64,000 nucleotides of DNA from assembly GCA_964343605.1 (NCBI GenBank), contig CAYFKJ010000003.1:73474-137473 (forward strand), written 5' to 3'. A model generated the notes under the pieces. That model was not told the origin of the DNA. It made no database searches and worked only from the letters and a program-made list of their open reading frames with translations. The translations under genes and the position numbers were made by a program. This DNA is from an uncultured Rhodospirillaceae bacterium. Lineage in GTDB: Bacteria; Pseudomonadota; Alphaproteobacteria; UBA2966. Positions 60,337-64,000 of this stretch are shown here, one piece after another; within the stretch, counting starts at the first letter, position 1, and each line of letters starts with the position of its first letter.

Positions 60337-61134
60337 ATGAAATACAAAATAGCGTTTCATAGTTATAAAGGCGGCGTTGGCCGGACCAAGGTAATGGTTG
60401 GCTTGGGCGCCATGCTCGCGCTTCAGGGGGTGCGCGTGGGCATGCTGGACTTCGACCTGGATTCGTCGGGACTGGCGACAATCTTCGGACACAGCAATGA
60501 CGACTTGGGGGACCGGGAGCTTCTCAGCATCCTGCAGCATGCGAATCCCAGCGTTTTGCCCGATTCGATCATCAACGTCACCGATTACGTTCAGGCGAAA
60601 TCGGGGAAAACCGTCAATGGCCACGGCTGCCTGAAATACGTTCCGACAATTTCCGACCCCGATGCATCCGACAACATCACCTTCTCAAGCCCCATGCGCT
60701 ATGCCGTTGACGAGATATTCGAGGCGCTGGTGACCGACAATGGCATCGATTTGCTGCTGGTGGATCTGAAACCGGGTTATTCGCCGTCATCCGCACTTAT
60801 TTTTCCCCTTGTGAACCGCGGTGTCGTTGTGACCCGCCTGGACCACCAAAATATCGAGGGCTTGTCGTCCACGGTACCGATCATGATCGAAAAGGATCTG
60901 GACCCGTTTCTGGTCGTAAATATGGTTCCAAATCTTGGCGAGAACGACAAAAGGGCCGAAGAGCGAATAAAGATCTTGGAAAAAGCGACGAACAGCAAAG
61001 TAAAGATCAGAATTGATTACGATCCCTTGAGCGTGTTCGAGAATGATGTCGAGGCCTGCTCAAGGGAAGATTCTTCGATGTACAAGGGACTGCAGACACT
61101 TTCGATCTTCGTTCAGGACCTGGTCAATTCGTGA
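60337..61134 (+). CDS. ParA/MinD/NifH-like P-loop ATPase with an atypical KGGVGRT Walker A
   Basis: FHSYKGGVGRTKVMVG matches the deviant Walker A (xKGGxGK[ST]), but with Arg at the P-loop Lys position. GAGGT RBS. Confidence 0.55.
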   Translation: MKYKIAFHSYKGGVGRTKVMVGLGAMLALQGVRVGMLDFDLDSSGLATIFGHSNDDLGDRELLSILQHANPSVLPDSIINVTDYVQAKSGKTVNGHGCLKYVPTISDPDASDNITFSSPMRYAVDEIFEALVTDNGIDLLLVDLKPGYSPSSALIFPLVNRGVVVTRLDHQNIEGLSSTVPIMIEKDLDPFLVVNMVPNLGENDKRAEERIKILEKATNSKVKIRIDYDPLSVFENDVEACSREDSSMYKGLQTLSIFVQDLVNS

Positions 61135-61177
61135 GGCATTGACCTGATTCGGATCTTCTTCGAGGAGAGCGTGCCAT

Positions 61178-62764
61178 ATGAATGACGATACCTTTCAGCA
61201 CTCGTTTCAGAACGCAAACCGAACCTATTACGATCCATTGTACGAGGTGGTACTGGTAACCGACCCCAGTTCGTCGACCGGCGAACGAGGATCATTTTGG
61301 GGGCGGAACCGGGTTCGCAAACATGCCTCGATAACCCACGACAGATTTCTGTCCATTGTCGACAGCTACGAATTCAGCCGCATGAACTTTCTTCACCAGG
61401 CCGGATTCGTCTGGCTGATTTTTCCCTCCGCCACGCACACCAGATTTGCCCATGCGCTGGGTTGTTGGCACCTTTCAGACCTTGCTTCCGACAACGTCAT
61501 CGTCAATCGAAAAATCGATGAAAACAAAGGAGCCAGCTCGGATTTGTTGCGGTTGAGCGAATTGCTCACCCATGCGGGGATAAAGGAAGAATTTCATTTG
61601 GCCCTGCTTCTCCATGATATCGGGCACTTCCCGTTTTCCCACGTCATCGAGAACAATCTGTTGCTCGGCCAACGTTACCCCGATCAGGATCAGACGAAAG
61701 GCATCATCCTCAATCACGAAACCATCGGCACCAGCCTGATCCAGGGTGAAAACAAAGTGAGCGAGCTTTTCAGCGAGTACATTCGGCGAAAAATCGGCGA
61801 CGATTTCGACAAGTCGAAGATTTTGTCGAATTGCCTCAAGGAGGCGGGGGAGACCATCGATCAAAAACTGATCTCCCACCTCATTTCACCAAAGCAAAAC
61901 GGATATGTCTCGAAGACCTACAAGAACGATCTCAGGTTCATCAACGGATTACACGATCTGGTTTCCGGGGTCATCGATCTGGATCGTATCGATCATTACC
62001 GCCGGGATTCCTTTTTTACATCGATTAGAACCGGCGAATTCAACGTCATCGGCCTGATCCTGAACATGGCGATGCTCGACGGTGAGGATCCAAATCGCTA
62101 CCAAACCCAACTCATGGACGACGGCATTGAACATGCCTTCCAAATTCTCTATGCGAAATCGAGCCTTACCAGGACGGTATTCCACCACGAACACAATCTC
62201 GCTTACGAAATAATGCTCAACAGGGCGATCAACCTTCATTGGGACGTTGCCGACGACCACTTTCGAACATTCTTGCCGTTTTACGACGACATGGAGCTTC
62301 TTCAAACGCTTCTGCACTCCAGCAACGCCGAGGCGTCCCGACTGATCCAGCGGATCCAACTGAGAATTCCGTTCCGCGGTATCGGTAAGTTTTGCGTCGA
62401 CGAAGCGACCTTCGAAAGCCTGGAAGGGGAAACCGCTTTTGAGAGGCGAAACGACTTCTATGAAAGATTCAGGAAGCAGCTAAAGACGCAAGGGAAGACC
62501 GAAGAGGACGTCGCGCTGAGGCTGGACAAGCAATTTGGCAAAAGCGTTCAGAGCCTGGAATGGATGGATCTCGCTAAAATTCTGGACAAGAACGAGTCGC
62601 CGCTCGACAAGATGCAGGGACATCTCAAGTTCATCGATTTCATCAGGGATCTCGGAGACATAGCAACCCGGACGTTTTGGATCTACTCCACCGAGGACGA
62701 TGCCGGCAACGCGAAAGAGCTGGAAGTTCTAGCGACGCAGATCGGCGGAAAAAAGATCAGTTGA
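61178..62764 (+). CDS. HD-domain dNTP triphosphohydrolase-like protein (dGTPase/SAMHD1 family)
   Basis: RFAHALGCWH (His motif), ALLLHDIGHFPFSH (HD motif) and IDLDRIDHYRRDS (the D-x-D-[KR]-x-D-[YH]-x-x-RD motif shared by SAMHD1/Dgt). GAGGAG RBS. Confidence 0.65.
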   Translation: MNDDTFQHSFQNANRTYYDPLYEVVLVTDPSSSTGERGSFWGRNRVRKHASITHDRFLSIVDSYEFSRMNFLHQAGFVWLIFPSATHTRFAHALGCWHLSDLASDNVIVNRKIDENKGASSDLLRLSELLTHAGIKEEFHLALLLHDIGHFPFSHVIENNLLLGQRYPDQDQTKGIILNHETIGTSLIQGENKVSELFSEYIRRKIGDDFDKSKILSNCLKEAGETIDQKLISHLISPKQNGYVSKTYKNDLRFINGLHDLVSGVIDLDRIDHYRRDSFFTSIRTGEFNVIGLILNMAMLDGEDPNRYQTQLMDDGIEHAFQILYAKSSLTRTVFHHEHNLAYEIMLNRAINLHWDVADDHFRTFLPFYDDMELLQTLLHSSNAEASRLIQRIQLRIPFRGIGKFCVDEATFESLEGETAFERRNDFYERFRKQLKTQGKTEEDVALRLDKQFGKSVQSLEWMDLAKILDKNESPLDKMQGHLKFIDFIRDLGDIATRTFWIYSTEDDAGNAKELEVLATQIGGKKIS

Positions 62765-62842
62765 GCGGGACACGGGTTGTCGACCGCCTCGTCTTACCCC
62801 GCTGGATCAGGCTCAGCATTTTCGCGCCGACTTAGGAGGTCG

Positions 62843-63598
62843 CTAAAATCCGTGTTTCTTCTTGAGCTCCCGATAGGCGTCTGATTGGAGAAACTCCCTC
62901 AGCGCGGCATCCAGTGATTTTCTGAAGTTCACGACATCCGGTAATTTCTTTGATATGCCCATGAAGACCGGCAAGCTCACGCTAGGCGGATCCAAAACCA
63001 GCATTTTGCTGGTATCTATGCCTTCCTTGCGCGCTTCAAAAAAGAATGTGGACGGATTTTGCACGGCGATTTGCACGCGCCTTTTGGCAAGCATGCGCAC
63101 CTGGGCGGACACCGAATTCACAAACACCTTGTCGAGGGATTGGGCGGTGTCAAATCTGTCGCCGTGGGTCCATCCCCGCATCGCGGCCACGCGCCGGCCA
63201 CTTAACGAAGCCATTGTGCCATCGTAGGGAATCTTGGAATCACGCAAGACGATGAAGGCGTGGTCTTCGTTAATGTGCGGCACGGTCGTGAATTCGGCGA
63301 TTTTCAAACGTTCGGACGTCGGCGACCAGTTGGGATGAATATCGATTTCGCCACGCTCCAACATCACGATTAGCCGGGCCATGGGAACACTCTTGACCGA
63401 CACGACCTTGTGCCCGAGCTTCTTCAGAACTGCCCGCGCCACATCCAGGCTCAAGCCCTGCCAACCGGATTCCCCTTGGTAGAAGAACGGCGCCATCTCG
63501 CCCGCCATGGCGATGCGGATCTCCCGCGCCGCCGCGTTTCCGGCCTGAACCACGTAGCTGCTGAAAACAAAGGCAAAAACGAAGCAACGCCACATCAC
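62843..63598 (-). CDS. periplasmic substrate-binding protein, family 3 (amino-acid ABC transporter SBP-like)
   Basis: Signal peptide, ~250 aa two-lobe SBP_bac_3-like sequence. GC is also lower than the flank. Confidence 0.65.
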   Translation of the reverse strand: MMWRCFVFAFVFSSYVVQAGNAAAREIRIAMAGEMAPFFYQGESGWQGLSLDVARAVLKKLGHKVVSVKSVPMARLIVMLERGEIDIHPNWSPTSERLKIAEFTTVPHINEDHAFIVLRDSKIPYDGTMASLSGRRVAAMRGWTHGDRFDTAQSLDKVFVNSVSAQVRMLAKRRVQIAVQNPSTFFFEARKEGIDTSKMLVLDPPSVSLPVFMGISKKLPDVVNFRKSLDAALREFLQSDAYRELKKKHGF

Positions 63599-63628
63599 GC
63601 AATCCCCCCGTCTATGTTGGCAGGTTAG

Positions 63629-64000
63629 TTAGCCTGCTGCCATCTCCCTCAGCTTAAACCTTTGCAGCTTGCCGGTCTCCGTGCGCGGCATGTCGTCGAG
63701 GAATTCGATGGCGCGGGGATATTTGTAGGGGGCGATCTCGGCTTTGACGAAATCCTGCAGTTCCTTGACCGTACCGTCGCCCGCCTCCGCGCCGTCGCGC
63801 AATGTGACGTACGCCTTGACGATGAAACCGCGTTCCGCGTCGGGAGCGGCAACGACCCCGCATTCCGCGACCTTGGGGTGGTCCAGCAGACAGGCCTCGA
63901 CCTCCGGCCCCGAGATGTTGTAGCCGGCGGAGATGATCATGTCATCGGTGCGGGCCTGGAACCAGAAGTAGCCTTCCTCGTCCATCATGTAGGCGTCCCC
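63629..64000 (-). CDS. AMP-dependent acyl-CoA synthetase/ligase, C-terminal part (gene continues beyond the window)
   Basis: C-terminal AMP-binding domain motifs (YRTGDLARWLPDG-like GYFWFQARTDDMIISAGYNISGPEVE; PRTETGKLQRFKLRE). Confidence 0.7.
   Translation of the reverse strand, partial: GDAYMMDEEGYFWFQARTDDMIISAGYNISGPEVEACLLDHPKVAECGVVAAPDAERGFIVKAYVTLRDGAEAGDGTVKELQDFVKAEIAPYKYPRAIEFLDDMPRTETGKLQRFKLREMAAG

Noticed and set aside
57896-62840. Looked for integrase/transposase genes, tRNA genes or clear direct repeats bounding the low-GC island
   Set aside because: None could be recognised by eye. The island boundary is inferred from composition only, so the mobility mechanism is unknown.

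Overview
Overall, this looks like GC-rich (~65%, by eye) alphaproteobacterial chromosome, Rhodospirillales-like. From the sequence I can support: two paralogous methyl-accepting chemotaxis genes, glpK, an M48 peptidase, GGT, an aminotransferase, rne, amiC-mrcA-prfB (with the classical +1 frameshift), a PlsB-like acyltransferase, a bactofilin/M23-peptidase pair, glnE, an AsmA-like giant membrane protein, tyrS/anmK, cysE, and a complete ISC operon (iscR-nifS-iscS-iscU-iscA-hscB-hscA-fdx-iscX). Further on there is a membrane adenylate cyclase fused to a 2Fe-2S ferredoxin, a minus-strand paaJ-paaK-phosphodiesterase-cyclase-CoA-transferase block, paaY, and LemA/DUF3137/GNAT. The most unusual region is a low-GC (~45-52% by eye) four-gene plus-strand operon at ~58.1-62.8 kb. 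It is preceded by a ~230 bp AT-rich tract and encodes a YkgJ-type Cys-cluster protein, an unrecognisable 465-aa protein, a ParA/MinD-like ATPase with an unusual KGGVGRT P-loop, and a SAMHD1/dGTPase-like HD-domain dNTPase. I read it as a horizontally acquired island and a candidate for a new dNTP-depleting defence system. Other points worth a second look: a cAMP synthesis/degradation pair embedded between paa genes, a ~200 nt perfectly identical core shared by the two chemoreceptor genes, two copies of a ~115 bp MITE/REP-like intergenic element, and several rho-independent terminators.
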